Below, in pieces: positions 9,666-18,867 of a stretch of 64,000 nt of DNA (its first letter is position 1; each line of letters begins with the position of its first letter). This DNA comes from Acidobacteria bacterium SCN 69-37. Lineage in GTDB: Bacteria; Acidobacteriota; Vicinamibacteria; Vicinamibacterales; SCN-69-37. Under the pieces are notes generated by a model, which saw nothing but the letters and a program-made list of their open reading frames with translations, did no database searches and had not been told where the DNA came from. Location: positions 18,595-82,594 of the forward strand of contig MEDJ01000007.1 of the NCBI GenBank assembly GCA_001724025.1. Direction: 5' to 3'. Position numbers and translations under genes: made by a program.

Positions 9666-12033
9666 CCTCGATTTGCGCCGTGGCCGTCGCGCCGGCGGCG
9701 TCTCGGACGATCACCTCGTGCCGCCCTCGTGTCAGCGGCCAGCGCTCGGGGGCACCGCTGGCGTCGGTGCGCAGGCGCTGGCCGTTCACCTGCCACTCGA
9801 GCGGCCGTACGCCGCCCTGCGCGGCAAACGTCACGGCCTGGAACTCGGGCCGCAGCGTGGGATCGAGCATGAACACGGCGCCGGGCAGCGGGCGCACGAT
9901 CGTCAGCCGGTCGGTCTGTCGAGGCCCGGTGGCTGTTGCCGATGCGCGGGCACGGACCGGCACGCCGGCGGTGCGAGCCGGCACGGGCTCGCTCAGGATG
10001 CCCTGCTGCCTGGCCCAGTCGTGATATTCGGCCGGCCAGGTGGTGACCAGGCCGCTGTCCGTCGCGTGGTGCCACGTGCATGTGGCCTCGTCGTGCGCGC
10101 CATTACGCGGCAGCCACGCCCGTGTGCGCGTGGGACAGGCCGCGCCCGCCAGCATGCCCGACAGCGCACACACCTCGCGCTCTTCAGTATCGGACGTGGG
10201 GGCGACGACGGGCGCGTAATCGTCGAGCGGTACCTGGCCGCGCACGCGTTCGACGGCCGCGAGCATGACGGCGTGGAAGATCGGCCCGGCGCCCGTCACG
10301 CCCGACGATCCGCGGAGCGGCGTCCGGTCGAAGTTGCCCACCCACACGCCCACCGTCACGTCCCGCGTGTATCCCACCACCCAGTTGTCGATGTACGACT
10401 GTGACGTGCCGGTCTTGGCGGCAACCGCGAACGGAAACTCGAGGCTGCCGCCGCGGCCGAACGCGTACGCCCGCGCGTCGGCATCCGACAGGATGTCGGT
10501 GATCCAGAACGCGGTGCGTTCCGCCATCACGCGCTCGAGCCCCGGTGCGGACGCGGCCGTGCCGTCGACGGCCAGCACCCGGCGCGACGGCTGCCAGGCG
10601 CCGCCACGCGCAAACGTCGCGTAGGCCGCGACCAGTTCGTCGAGCCGCACCTCGGCGTTGCCGAGCGTGAGTCCCAATCCGTAGTGCGCTGCGTTCTGTT
10701 CGAGCGTCGTCAGCCCGACGCGACGGAGGAGTCGCGCCACGGCCGGCACGCCAATCTCGGAGGCGAGTACCACGGCCGGGACGTTTTCCGATCCGGCCAG
10801 CGCCGTGCGCGCCAGCATCGGGCCGCGAAAACGACCGTCGTAGTTGCGCGGGCTGTAGGCCACACCCTCGACAGCGGTCGGGAACTGTGACGGCACGTCG
10901 GGCAGGACCGACGCCGGGTGGAATCCGCGTTCGAACGCGGCGGCGTAGGTGAACGGCTTGAGCGCGGATCCCGGCTGGCGCGGCGACACGACGCCGTCGA
11001 TGGTGCCCCCGTGCGCCTCGTCGAAGTAGTCGCCCGACCCTTCCCACGCCAGCCAGTCGCCCGAGGCGTTGTCGAGCACGACCACCGCGACGTTGGACGC
11101 CGCGTGGCGGTCGAGTGAGGGCCGCTGCGCGCGCAGGATGCCCTGCACGGTCCGCTGGAGCGGGGCATCGAGCGTGGTCCGGACCGATCGCGGCCGCCGA
11201 TCGCGCACATCGGCAATCACCCGTTCCACGAAGTGCGGCGCCAGGAACGCCTGCGCCTCGCGCGTCAGCGCCATCCGTTCGGACAGGGCGGCGTCGAGGT
11301 CCGCGGCTGCGAGCCAGCCGCGATCGTGCATGGTGGCCAGAATCCGCGCCTGCCGGCCGCTGGCGCGGCTGGCATCGCGCCAGGGATTGAAGCGCCCGGG
11401 CTGCTGCGGCAGCGCGGCCAGGAACGCGGTTTCCGCCGGCGTCAGCGACGAGACGTCGCGGCCGAAGTAGGCGCGGGCCGCGCGCGCGGCGCCCTGGATC
11501 TGGTTGCCGTACGGCGCCAGGTTCACGTAGAGCGCGAGGATGTCCGGCTTGCGCAGGCGGTGCTCGAGGCGCAGGGCGAGCACCGCCTCGCGGATCTTGG
11601 CGCGCCAGCCGCGCGCGACCGCGCCGCCCGCCTGCCGCGCGAGCAGCAGTTTGACCACCTGCTGCGTGATCGTCGATCCACCTTCGTCGATGGCGCCTGC
11701 GCGCACGTTGCGCCACGCGGCGCGCGCAATCGCGATCGGATCGACACCCGGGTGCCAGTGAAAGCGGATGTCCTCGGCGGCCAGCGTGGCATGGGCCAGT
11801 CCGTCGGGGACCTGTGCGGCATCGAGCCACTCGCCGCGCCGCCCGTCGGCCGCGCGCACCTCGTAGAGCACCTCGCCGTGGCGATCGGTGATCGCTGTCG
11901 ACGGCCGCGCGGTGTCGTCGAGCAGGCCCGCGGGCAACGGCCCCATCCGCAGCCACAGCAGGCCCGCAAGTGCAGCAATGCCGCCCGTCGCGGCGGCCAG
12001 GCGTACGACCCGTCGCCGGTGCCAGGCGATCAT
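9658..12033 (-). CDS. pbpC: penicillin-binding protein 1C (bifunctional transglycosylase/transpeptidase)
   Basis: GT51 motifs AAEDIRFHWHPGVDP and GGSTITQQVVK. Transpeptidase SxxK (SALK) and KTGTS. C-terminal PbpC-type domain. The ATG at 12033 overlaps the upstream A2M stop codon (ATGA). Confidence 0.95.
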   Translation of the reverse strand: MIAWHRRRVVRLAAATGGIAALAGLLWLRMGPLPAGLLDDTARPSTAITDRHGEVLYEVRAADGRRGEWLDAAQVPDGLAHATLAAEDIRFHWHPGVDPIAIARAAWRNVRAGAIDEGGSTITQQVVKLLLARQAGGAVARGWRAKIREAVLALRLEHRLRKPDILALYVNLAPYGNQIQGAARAARAYFGRDVSSLTPAETAFLAALPQQPGRFNPWRDASRASGRQARILATMHDRGWLAAADLDAALSERMALTREAQAFLAPHFVERVIADVRDRRPRSVRTTLDAPLQRTVQGILRAQRPSLDRHAASNVAVVVLDNASGDWLAWEGSGDYFDEAHGGTIDGVVSPRQPGSALKPFTYAAAFERGFHPASVLPDVPSQFPTAVEGVAYSPRNYDGRFRGPMLARTALAGSENVPAVVLASEIGVPAVARLLRRVGLTTLEQNAAHYGLGLTLGNAEVRLDELVAAYATFARGGAWQPSRRVLAVDGTAASAPGLERVMAERTAFWITDILSDADARAYAFGRGGSLEFPFAVAAKTGTSQSYIDNWVVGYTRDVTVGVWVGNFDRTPLRGSSGVTGAGPIFHAVMLAAVERVRGQVPLDDYAPVVAPTSDTEEREVCALSGMLAGAACPTRTRAWLPRNGAHDEATCTWHHATDSGLVTTWPAEYHDWARQQGILSEPVPARTAGVPVRARASATATGPRQTDRLTIVRPLPGAVFMLDPTLRPEFQAVTFAAQGGVRPLEWQVNGQRLRTDASGAPERWPLTRGRHEVIVRDAAGATATAQIEVR

Positions 12034-15000
12034 CGCACCTCGATGACGGCCGGGTCGGTCCGGCCCGTGACCTCGGGCGCGTACATCTGCTCGGCGCGTG
12101 TGCCGGCGGCGCGGAACGTGCCGGTCGTCGTGGCGCGTACCAGGTACGAGAACTCGTGGCGCCCCTGCGAGAGCCGCGTGCCGAAGAGCGTCACGCGATC
12201 GTCGTGCCGCTCGACGTGATCGAAGCCGCTCCGCTCGAACCACCAGCCCGTCTGGTCGTCCGTCCGCATCACGCCGGCTTCGCGCGCGAGATCGCTGGCC
12301 GTCGTCCTGAACGATCCGTCGACCGCCTCGAGGCCGGCCGGCAGCGGATCCGTCACCACGACATACCGTCGTTCCTGCGGCACGGTGACGATGAGCGTGA
12401 CGCGAATCAGGTCGCCGGCCGCGTACGACGAGGCCGCCTCGCCCGTGCCGTTTTCGACGAACCGTTCGTAGCGGCGCTCGACCGTCATGCCCGCGTTGGT
12501 CGCCCCGATCGGCTGCGACGGCGTATAGGTGAGGCGCGTCGTGACGTAGAGCGCACCGGTGCCCGCACGGCTGATGCTCAGCTCGCTCTCGCTGCCGGTC
12601 GGCACGCGCCGCAGCAGGTCGGGCATGGCCAGCTGCACCTGCTGCGCGTCGGTCGTCCGGCCGCGGAAGGTGGCCGTGCCGATCTGCCGCGAGCCGATCC
12701 GCACCGTGGCGGTCAGGTTCGGCGTCTCACCCTCGACGCGCCTGTAGTAGGCGACGAGCGCGGCCAGCGCCGTGGCGTTCTCCTGCGTGTTCCCCCAGCG
12801 GCCGTCCTCGCGCGCGGCCAGCAGCCAGCGCGCCATCTGCGCCGTCACGGGCGTCTCGTCGCCGCGACGCACCAGCCCCTCGAGCACCACGGCGGTGGTC
12901 CGCACGTTCGAGTGCCACACCCACGCCAGCGCATCGTCGGTCACGTCCTGCACGTGCGCGGCGTCGCCCTCGATGCGGATCGCGTTGGACAGGCGCGCAA
13001 TGACGTCGGCGTACCGCGGACCGCGCTGGTTCGAGGCGGCCATCGCGTCCGCGAGGTACGACAGGGCGAAGACCGGCAGCCGATCGACGAGGCCCATCAG
13101 CCGCGTGATGTTCGAGTCCTGGTTGCGGCCGTGCTCGGCCAGCACCTTCACCGCGAACGCCTGGCTCGACGCCCACACGCCCTGCCACTGCACCTGCGCG
13201 GGTGGTGTCGTGCGCCGCACCTCGGCATCGAGGAAGTCGAGCGCACGATCGACGGTCGCGTCGTCCGGCTGGATGCCGAGCGTGCCGGCCGTCTTCATGA
13301 CGGAGAGAATCCACGCGGTGAGATAGGCGTGGCTCGTCGAACACGCGCCGGGCCACAGCGCGAACGCGCCGTTCGCGCACTGGAAGCGCGGCAGATCGTT
13401 CAGCAGCGTCGTGGCGCGCGTGCGCGCGCTGGCCGCGTCGATGCCGGCCATGGCGAATGCGCCGCCGAGGTCGGATGCCAGCGTCAGCGCGAGCGCGGCC
13501 GAGGCGCGTTGCTCGGCACAGCCGTACGGATAATCCACGAGATACCGCGCGCCTTCGCCGAGCCCCGCCAGCGCCGTCGACGACAGCGACACGTTCAGGC
13601 GGCCGAGGCCCGGAATGATACCGGCCGGTACTGCCAGGCGCTCGACGTAGCGATCGTCGACGCGGCTCGAGGCGACCGACGTTTCGGCAGGGGCCGGGGC
13701 GGTCACCGGCAGCGTGGTTTCGAACGCGTCGTTCTCGTTACCGAGGCGGACGGTCATGCGCACGCGCGCCGTGCCCGTGCCGCGCGCCGTGGCGGCGAAC
13801 CGCACCGCGGCCGTGGCGCCCGGCGCCAGCTCGACGGTCTGCGATCCATTGCCGGTGATCTGCAGGATTGCCGGATCGAGGCTGCGAATCGTCACCTGTG
13901 CGCGGCCGCCGCGCGTCAGCGTGTTGCTCACCGTGGCGCCGAAGCTGGCCTGATCGCCCATCGTGAGGAAGCGCGGGAACGCGGCCAGCAGCGTGACCGG
14001 CTTGTTGACCGTGATCTCGGCGTGCGCCGATCCGAAGCGCGACGCGCTGTCGGCCGCCACGGCCATGATGCGGTACGTCGTCAGCGATTCGGGCAGTGTG
14101 ACCTCGCGCGAGGCCGTGCCGTCGGCGCCGGTCTCGACCGACCCGAGCCAGAACGCCAGCGGTCTGAAATCGCGGCGTACGTCACCGGCACCCGACTCGA
14201 AGCCGCCGCCGCCCCCGTCGTCGCCGCCCTTCGGCGTCAGCACGCGGCGGCTGACGATACGCTGGCGGCTGTCCTCGTTGAGGACCTGGAGCGCCTTGCG
14301 GCGGTACACGGCGCTGCGCACGTCGGGCGCGTCGTAGCCGGTGAGCGAGAGCACGCCGTGATCGACGGCCCACAGCGTCACCTCACCGGCGGCCGGACGG
14401 CCGGCCGCATCGTGCACGCGCACCTCGACCCGTGCGGTATTGGCCGGGCGGTATTCCTGTCGATCGGCAGAGACGTCCACCGTCAACTGCCGCGAGGCGT
14501 CGTCGACGTACAGCTCGGCGTAGCCGAGCCGGAACGCGGGACGTCCCGGGTCGCTGCCATCGGCACCCGGATCGTCCGAGGTGCGACCGCGCACGAGCAG
14601 CACCGACACGAACACGTTCGGGATGTCGTCCTCGGTGATCGGCACTTCGACGGTCTGCTGCGTCGACGTCAGTGTGAACCGCTCGTGGCGCCGGATCCCT
14701 TCGCGTTCGACGGTCAGCAGCGCCGTGGCGGTCTCCCAGGGGGACTGGATCATCACGCGTGCGGTTTCGCCCGGCTTCCACGTCCGCCGTTCGGGTTCGA
14801 GCGTGATGCGGTTGTGATCGTAGCGCTGCCACGCGGTGTATCCACGGCCGAGCGCATAGAAATGCGTCTCGGTCTTCGTCGTCCGGCCGTCCGCGTCGGT
14901 CGCGGTGGCGCTCAGGACGTACGAGCCGCCCTCGGGGACCGGAATCGTCAGCGGCACGGCCGCCTCGGCGGTCGTGACCTGCCATTCGCCGGCAGGCGTG

Positions 15001-17849
15001 CGGATTTCCTCGGTGTCCCACGTGTAGAACCCGCTGCCCTCGGCCCGTCGCACCGAGTTCCACTGCAGGCGTGTCAGCCGCACTGTGACGGGGACACCGG
15101 CCGCTGGCGTGCCGTCGAGCGCCGCGGCCACCACGTCGGTGCGCGTGCCCGTGGCCACGTCGGCGAAGTAGGCGGGCCGCCGCAGGCCGATGTACCACGG
15201 CGCCGGGTGCACGACGAGGCTGGCACGGTTGGCGATGCGCTGGCGCGAGACGTCCTCGACCTCGCCCTCGAGCGTGTAGCGCCACGCCTGATCGACGTCG
15301 CGCATGGTGTCGGCCGAGACGTCGAGCGTGCCGCTGGCGTCGAGCGTGGCATCGGCGCCGGCCACGCGTTCGTCGCCGCGATAGGTATCCGAGTCGTAGC
15401 CGAAGGCGTACTGGTCGTCGGGGAATCGCTCGAGGATGGGCGCGGGAATCGTGCGATCGAGCGCGCGCTGGATCGACCAGCGGACGGGCCTGTCCGCCAT
15501 GTGCGCGCCAAAGAGGTACGCCGCGTCGATGTGGCCGCTGAGGCGCGTCCCGGCCACGGGGCTGTCAGCGGTGAGGGCCGCATCCACGCGGAAGTCGGGT
15601 CGTCTGTACGCGGCCACGAGGAACGAGCCGTCCACGCGCTCGAGCCATTCGGCGCGCGTCCGCCGACGCTGGCCGTCGTTCGCGTCTGCCGGCGCGTCGG
15701 CGCCCGGCATCGCCACCTGGACGGTGTAGTCGCCGAGCGTGCTCTCGGACGGGACCGTCCATTCCCACTCGGCGCTGCTCCAGCGCGTGACGGCAAGCGT
15801 GCGGCGATCGACCTCGCGTCCGCGGCTGTCGCTCACGCGAACGTCGACCGGCGCCCCGGCCGGCAGCAGCCTGATGCCCGTGGGCGTGTCGATCCGCAGG
15901 ATCGCCTTCGCGTGGACCGTCTCACCCGGACGATACACGCCGCGATCGGTGAATACCGATCCGCGCAGGATGTTCGTCGATTCCCACAACTGGAAGTCGT
16001 GGCCGAAGTCCCACGGCAGGAGGCCCTCGTTCCAGTTGGAGGCGAGATACGCGACGTCGCCGTCCTTCTCCGCGGTGACGAGGAACGCGAGCGAGTACCA
16101 CGAGTCGGGATCCCGCAGCGGCAGCGCCGGCGCGACGACGACGCCGTCGGCCGCGGTGGTGCCGCGCCAGAGCTGCTGGTTGTCCGTGTTGACGATCGTC
16201 ACGGCCGCGCCGCTGACAGGTGCGCCGGTGTCGAGTCGCGTCACGAAGACGAGCGTCGACTGCGGGCTGTCCTTGACGCTCAACCCGAGATTGGTGACCT
16301 GCACGATCGTCGAGCGATCCGCACGGTCCTCGCGGACCGCGCGATCGGCACGCGCAATCGGGGTGCCCGGGCGCAGGCCGGCCCAGACCACGCCGCGGCC
16401 GTCAGACAGCACCGGACCGAGATCGAGGCCGTGCGCCTGAATCGCGTCCGGGGTGACGGGCAGCTGTCGCGTTGTGCCCGTGCCCGGCGGCAGATCGCGG
16501 AAATCATTTCGCTCGAGCGCCACGATGCGCGGCATCAGGTCGGACGGCTGCAGCCGTGTGAGCCATTGCGTGACGCTCGTGAAGTTGCGCGATGAGAAGG
16601 GGATCTGCGGGCCGCCGCTGGTTTCCCAGACGCCGTGGCCGTCCCCGAAGCTCGTGAACGCCCGTTCGTGCCAGGTCTCGACGATGCCGACGAAGGGGTA
16701 GCCGAGCGGCTGGCCGTCGGCGGCCTCGAGCGATGCGTCGAGGCGGTACGCGTAGATGGTTGCCGGCGGCTGGCGATCGAAGCCGGCGTCCTGGAGTTCG
16801 GGCGACCATGATCGATCGAGCGAGGTGGCCGGGACCGTCGACGTCCGTGTGACGGGACGTTCGGCCGAGGCGGTCGTGATGTCCTGGACCGCCAGCGCCG
16901 ATGCGAAGCGCGCGACGTCCACCGGCGCCGTGAACCGCAGGCCGTTGTATCCCGACGGGTTGCACGCCAGGCGGCACGAGAATCCCTGCGCGAAGAACAC
17001 CGGGTCGAGTTCGGCGACGGACGTCTGCGCCTGGCCGGCCGGTCGCGGACCGCCGGGGCCCGTCAACTGCGCGTCGAGCGTGACCGCGATCCACGTGCCC
17101 GGCGGTGGCACGGTCGTCGTTTCCAGGACGACGAGCGTGTCCGATGCCGGATAGCGCTCGCGATCCCAGTCGGTGGTGGCGCGGGCCTGGAGGGCATCGG
17201 TGCGGGCGGCGGCGGTGCGTGCGGCCGTGATCTTCGCGTCGAAGGCGCGCAGGGCGGTCGAACTCGCGGCGTTCATCCGCGCCCGCTCGAGCACGGACGG
17301 CGTCGGGGTGTCGATCTCGTGCGCGCTGTAGCGCAGCGAGGCGTGCGCCAGCACGTCTGCCGCGCGCATCGGCTGGTTGAAGTCGAGCAGCAGCACGACC
17401 GGGCGATCGAAGCGGTCGTTGCGCCGGTACCAGCGCATCGAGGTCAGCCGCGGCGTCGGCGTGGTGAAGGAAAAAGTGTGCGGAGTGCCGAGCGTGCGGC
17501 CGGCGACACTGGTGGCCGAGCCTGCCACGGTTACGGTGATGGTCGTGGCCCACGGCAGCGGCGCGGTCGGGTCCGGCGTGAAGAGCAGCACCGTGGTGCC
17601 CGACCACCTGAACGTCCCCGTGACCGCAGGCGAGATCGTCACCCAGGGAATCGAGGGGTTCGACGGGATGCGGCCGAGCGCCACCATCGGCTCGGAAAAG
17701 ACGATCCGGATCTCGTTCGCGTCCGAGGGCTGATTCAGTGTGCCGCGCGGGCCTGAATCGACCACGCGCAATTGCGGAGCCTGGGCGGCCAGCGTTGCCG
17801 GCAGCAGGCAGGCTAGGATCAGGGGCAACAACCGGAGCAACGGGCGCAT
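12030..17849 (-). CDS. bacterial alpha-2-macroglobulin family protein (YfhM/ECAM-like) with thioester motif
   Basis: 1939-aa ORF with signal peptide MRPLLRLLPLILACLLPATLAAQA. Thioester site DYPYGCAEQ lies at 13509..13520. It sits directly upstream of pbpC, the classical A2M-PBP1C operon. Confidence 0.95.
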   Translation of the reverse strand: MRPLLRLLPLILACLLPATLAAQAPQLRVVDSGPRGTLNQPSDANEIRIVFSEPMVALGRIPSNPSIPWVTISPAVTGTFRWSGTTVLLFTPDPTAPLPWATTITVTVAGSATSVAGRTLGTPHTFSFTTPTPRLTSMRWYRRNDRFDRPVVLLLDFNQPMRAADVLAHASLRYSAHEIDTPTPSVLERARMNAASSTALRAFDAKITAARTAAARTDALQARATTDWDRERYPASDTLVVLETTTVPPPGTWIAVTLDAQLTGPGGPRPAGQAQTSVAELDPVFFAQGFSCRLACNPSGYNGLRFTAPVDVARFASALAVQDITTASAERPVTRTSTVPATSLDRSWSPELQDAGFDRQPPATIYAYRLDASLEAADGQPLGYPFVGIVETWHERAFTSFGDGHGVWETSGGPQIPFSSRNFTSVTQWLTRLQPSDLMPRIVALERNDFRDLPPGTGTTRQLPVTPDAIQAHGLDLGPVLSDGRGVVWAGLRPGTPIARADRAVREDRADRSTIVQVTNLGLSVKDSPQSTLVFVTRLDTGAPVSGAAVTIVNTDNQQLWRGTTAADGVVVAPALPLRDPDSWYSLAFLVTAEKDGDVAYLASNWNEGLLPWDFGHDFQLWESTNILRGSVFTDRGVYRPGETVHAKAILRIDTPTGIRLLPAGAPVDVRVSDSRGREVDRRTLAVTRWSSAEWEWTVPSESTLGDYTVQVAMPGADAPADANDGQRRRTRAEWLERVDGSFLVAAYRRPDFRVDAALTADSPVAGTRLSGHIDAAYLFGAHMADRPVRWSIQRALDRTIPAPILERFPDDQYAFGYDSDTYRGDERVAGADATLDASGTLDVSADTMRDVDQAWRYTLEGEVEDVSRQRIANRASLVVHPAPWYIGLRRPAYFADVATGTRTDVVAAALDGTPAAGVPVTVRLTRLQWNSVRRAEGSGFYTWDTEEIRTPAGEWQVTTAEAAVPLTIPVPEGGSYVLSATATDADGRTTKTETHFYALGRGYTAWQRYDHNRITLEPERRTWKPGETARVMIQSPWETATALLTVEREGIRRHERFTLTSTQQTVEVPITEDDIPNVFVSVLLVRGRTSDDPGADGSDPGRPAFRLGYAELYVDDASRQLTVDVSADRQEYRPANTARVEVRVHDAAGRPAAGEVTLWAVDHGVLSLTGYDAPDVRSAVYRRKALQVLNEDSRQRIVSRRVLTPKGGDDGGGGGFESGAGDVRRDFRPLAFWLGSVETGADGTASREVTLPESLTTYRIMAVAADSASRFGSAHAEITVNKPVTLLAAFPRFLTMGDQASFGATVSNTLTRGGRAQVTIRSLDPAILQITGNGSQTVELAPGATAAVRFAATARGTGTARVRMTVRLGNENDAFETTLPVTAPAPAETSVASSRVDDRYVERLAVPAGIIPGLGRLNVSLSSTALAGLGEGARYLVDYPYGCAEQRASAALALTLASDLGGAFAMAGIDAASARTRATTLLNDLPRFQCANGAFALWPGACSTSHAYLTAWILSVMKTAGTLGIQPDDATVDRALDFLDAEVRRTTPPAQVQWQGVWASSQAFAVKVLAEHGRNQDSNITRLMGLVDRLPVFALSYLADAMAASNQRGPRYADVIARLSNAIRIEGDAAHVQDVTDDALAWVWHSNVRTTAVVLEGLVRRGDETPVTAQMARWLLAAREDGRWGNTQENATALAALVAYYRRVEGETPNLTATVRIGSRQIGTATFRGRTTDAQQVQLAMPDLLRRVPTGSESELSISRAGTGALYVTTRLTYTPSQPIGATNAGMTVERRYERFVENGTGEAASSYAAGDLIRVTLIVTVPQERRYVVVTDPLPAGLEAVDGSFRTTASDLAREAGVMRTDDQTGWWFERSGFDHVERHDDRVTLFGTRLSQGRHEFSYLVRATTTGTFRAAGTRAEQMYAPEVTGRTDPAVIEVR

Positions 17850-17854
17850 GGCTC

Positions 17855-17860
17855 AGTCTA
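17855..17860 (-). promoter_or_regulatory. -10-like hexamer TAGACT, 5 nt upstream of the A2M ATG
   Basis: Minus strand reads (GGTAGCC)5-GCAA-TAGACT-GAGCC-ATG. Confidence 0.3.
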
Positions 17861-17864
17861 TTGC

Positions 17865-17899
17865 GGCTACCGGCTACCGGCTACCGGCTACCGGCTACC
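17865..17899. repeat. perfect heptanucleotide tandem repeat (GGCTACC)x5
   Basis: Five perfect head-to-tail copies, read directly. They lie 16-50 nt upstream of the A2M start codon, in the divergent A2M/cysH intergenic region. Confidence 0.95.
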
Positions 17900-17900
17900 C

Positions 17901-17958
17901 GGAGCCCTGGGGCTTCAGCCCCAGGGGAACGTCCCCGAGGCTGAAGCCTCGGGGCTCC
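17901..17958. repeat. REP1 double hairpin (family archetype)
   Basis: GGAGCC-CCTGGGGC-TTCA-GCCCCAGG ... CCCCGAGGC-TGAA-GCCTCGGGG-CTCC. Two 9-bp hairpins in inverted orientation, flanked by GGAGCC/GGCTCC. Confidence 0.9.
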
Positions 17959-18029
17959 GAATGAGATCCGCTGCCCGCCGCCCTCTCCGGTAGCCGCCGG
18001 GTGTCCCCGCATGCTACCGTCGCAGGGTT

Positions 18030-18758
18030 ATGGCGCTCGATCCGACTTCCATTCCCGCGATGGCCGCCGACTACGCGACGAAGTCGCCGCAGGAGACCCT
18101 GGCGCTGGCGTTCCGCGAATTCGGCGGCGACGTGGCGATCTCGTTCAGCGGGGCCGAAGACGTGGTCCTCATCGACATGGCGACGAAGCTCGGGATCGAG
18201 CCGCGGGTGTTCACGCTCGACACGGGCCGCCTGCACGCCGAGACCTACCGTTTCCTCGATCGCGTGGCCAGCCACTACCGCGTCGACATCGACGTGATGT
18301 TCCCGCAGTCCGCGGCGGTGCAGGCCCTCGTGCGCGCGAAGGGGCTGTTCTCCTTCTACAAGGATGGCCACAAGGAGTGCTGCGGCATCCGCAAGGTCGA
18401 ACCGCTCGTGCGTGCGCTGAAGCCGCTCGGGGCGTGGATCACGGGGCAGCGGCGCGATCAAAGTCCCGGCACGCGGACGGCCGTGCCCGTGGTGCAGCTC
18501 GATCGCACGTTCGGCACGCCGGATCGGCCGCTCGTCAAGTTCAACCCGCTGAGCGAGTGGTCCTCGCGCCAGGTCTGGGACTACATCCGCCTGCACGACG
18601 TGCCGTTCAACGAACTGCACGCGCGCGGCTTCATCTCCATCGGCTGCGAGCCCTGCACGCGCCCGACGCTGCCCGGCCAGCACGAACGCGCCGGCCGCTG
18701 GTGGTGGGAAGAAGAAACCCGCAAGGAATGCGGCCTGCACGCAGGAAACGTCGGGTAG
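18030..18758 (+). CDS. cysH: thioredoxin-dependent adenylyl-sulfate (APS)/PAPS reductase
   Basis: PAPS_reduct fold. [10 protein letters not shown] plus C-terminal ISIGCEPCT and KECGLH, the Fe-S/ECGLH signature of assimilatory APS reductases. Confidence 0.95.
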   Translation: MALDPTSIPAMAADYATKSPQETLALAFREFGGDVAISFSGAEDVVLIDMATKLGIEPRVFTLDTGRLHAETYRFLDRVASHYRVDIDVMFPQSAAVQALVRAKGLFSFYKDGHKECCGIRKVEPLVRALKPLGAWITGQRRDQSPGTRTAVPVVQLDRTFGTPDRPLVKFNPLSEWSSRQVWDYIRLHDVPFNELHARGFISIGCEPCTRPTLPGQHERAGRWWWEEETRKECGLHAGNVG

Positions 18759-18761
18759 AGC

Positions 18762-18867
18762 GGAAGTGAGAAGTTAGAAGTCAGAAGTTGGAAGTGCCTC
18801 GAAGTTCGAATTTCGAAGTTCGAACTTGTTCGAGAATTCGCACTTCTAACTTCCAACTTCTCACTTC
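18762..18867. repeat. A/G-rich imperfect inverted repeat (possible bidirectional terminator) between convergent genes
   Basis: GGAAGTGAGAAGTTAGAAGTCAGAAGTTGGAAGTG ... CACTTCTAACTTCCAACTTCTCACTTCC, built from (N)AGAAGT heptads. It fills the whole gap between the cysH stop and the stop of the 18868 gene. Confidence 0.8.

Noticed and set aside
11970-16595. 1541-aa ORF antisense to the alpha-2-macroglobulin gene. Similar very long antisense ORFs occur at 28995-31322, 49219-51738, 53907-56225 and 43823-45103.
   Set aside because: The translations are Arg/Gly/Ala/Pro-rich with no recognisable motifs, and the opposite strand carries clear conserved-family genes. Long stop-free antisense frames are expected at this G+C content.
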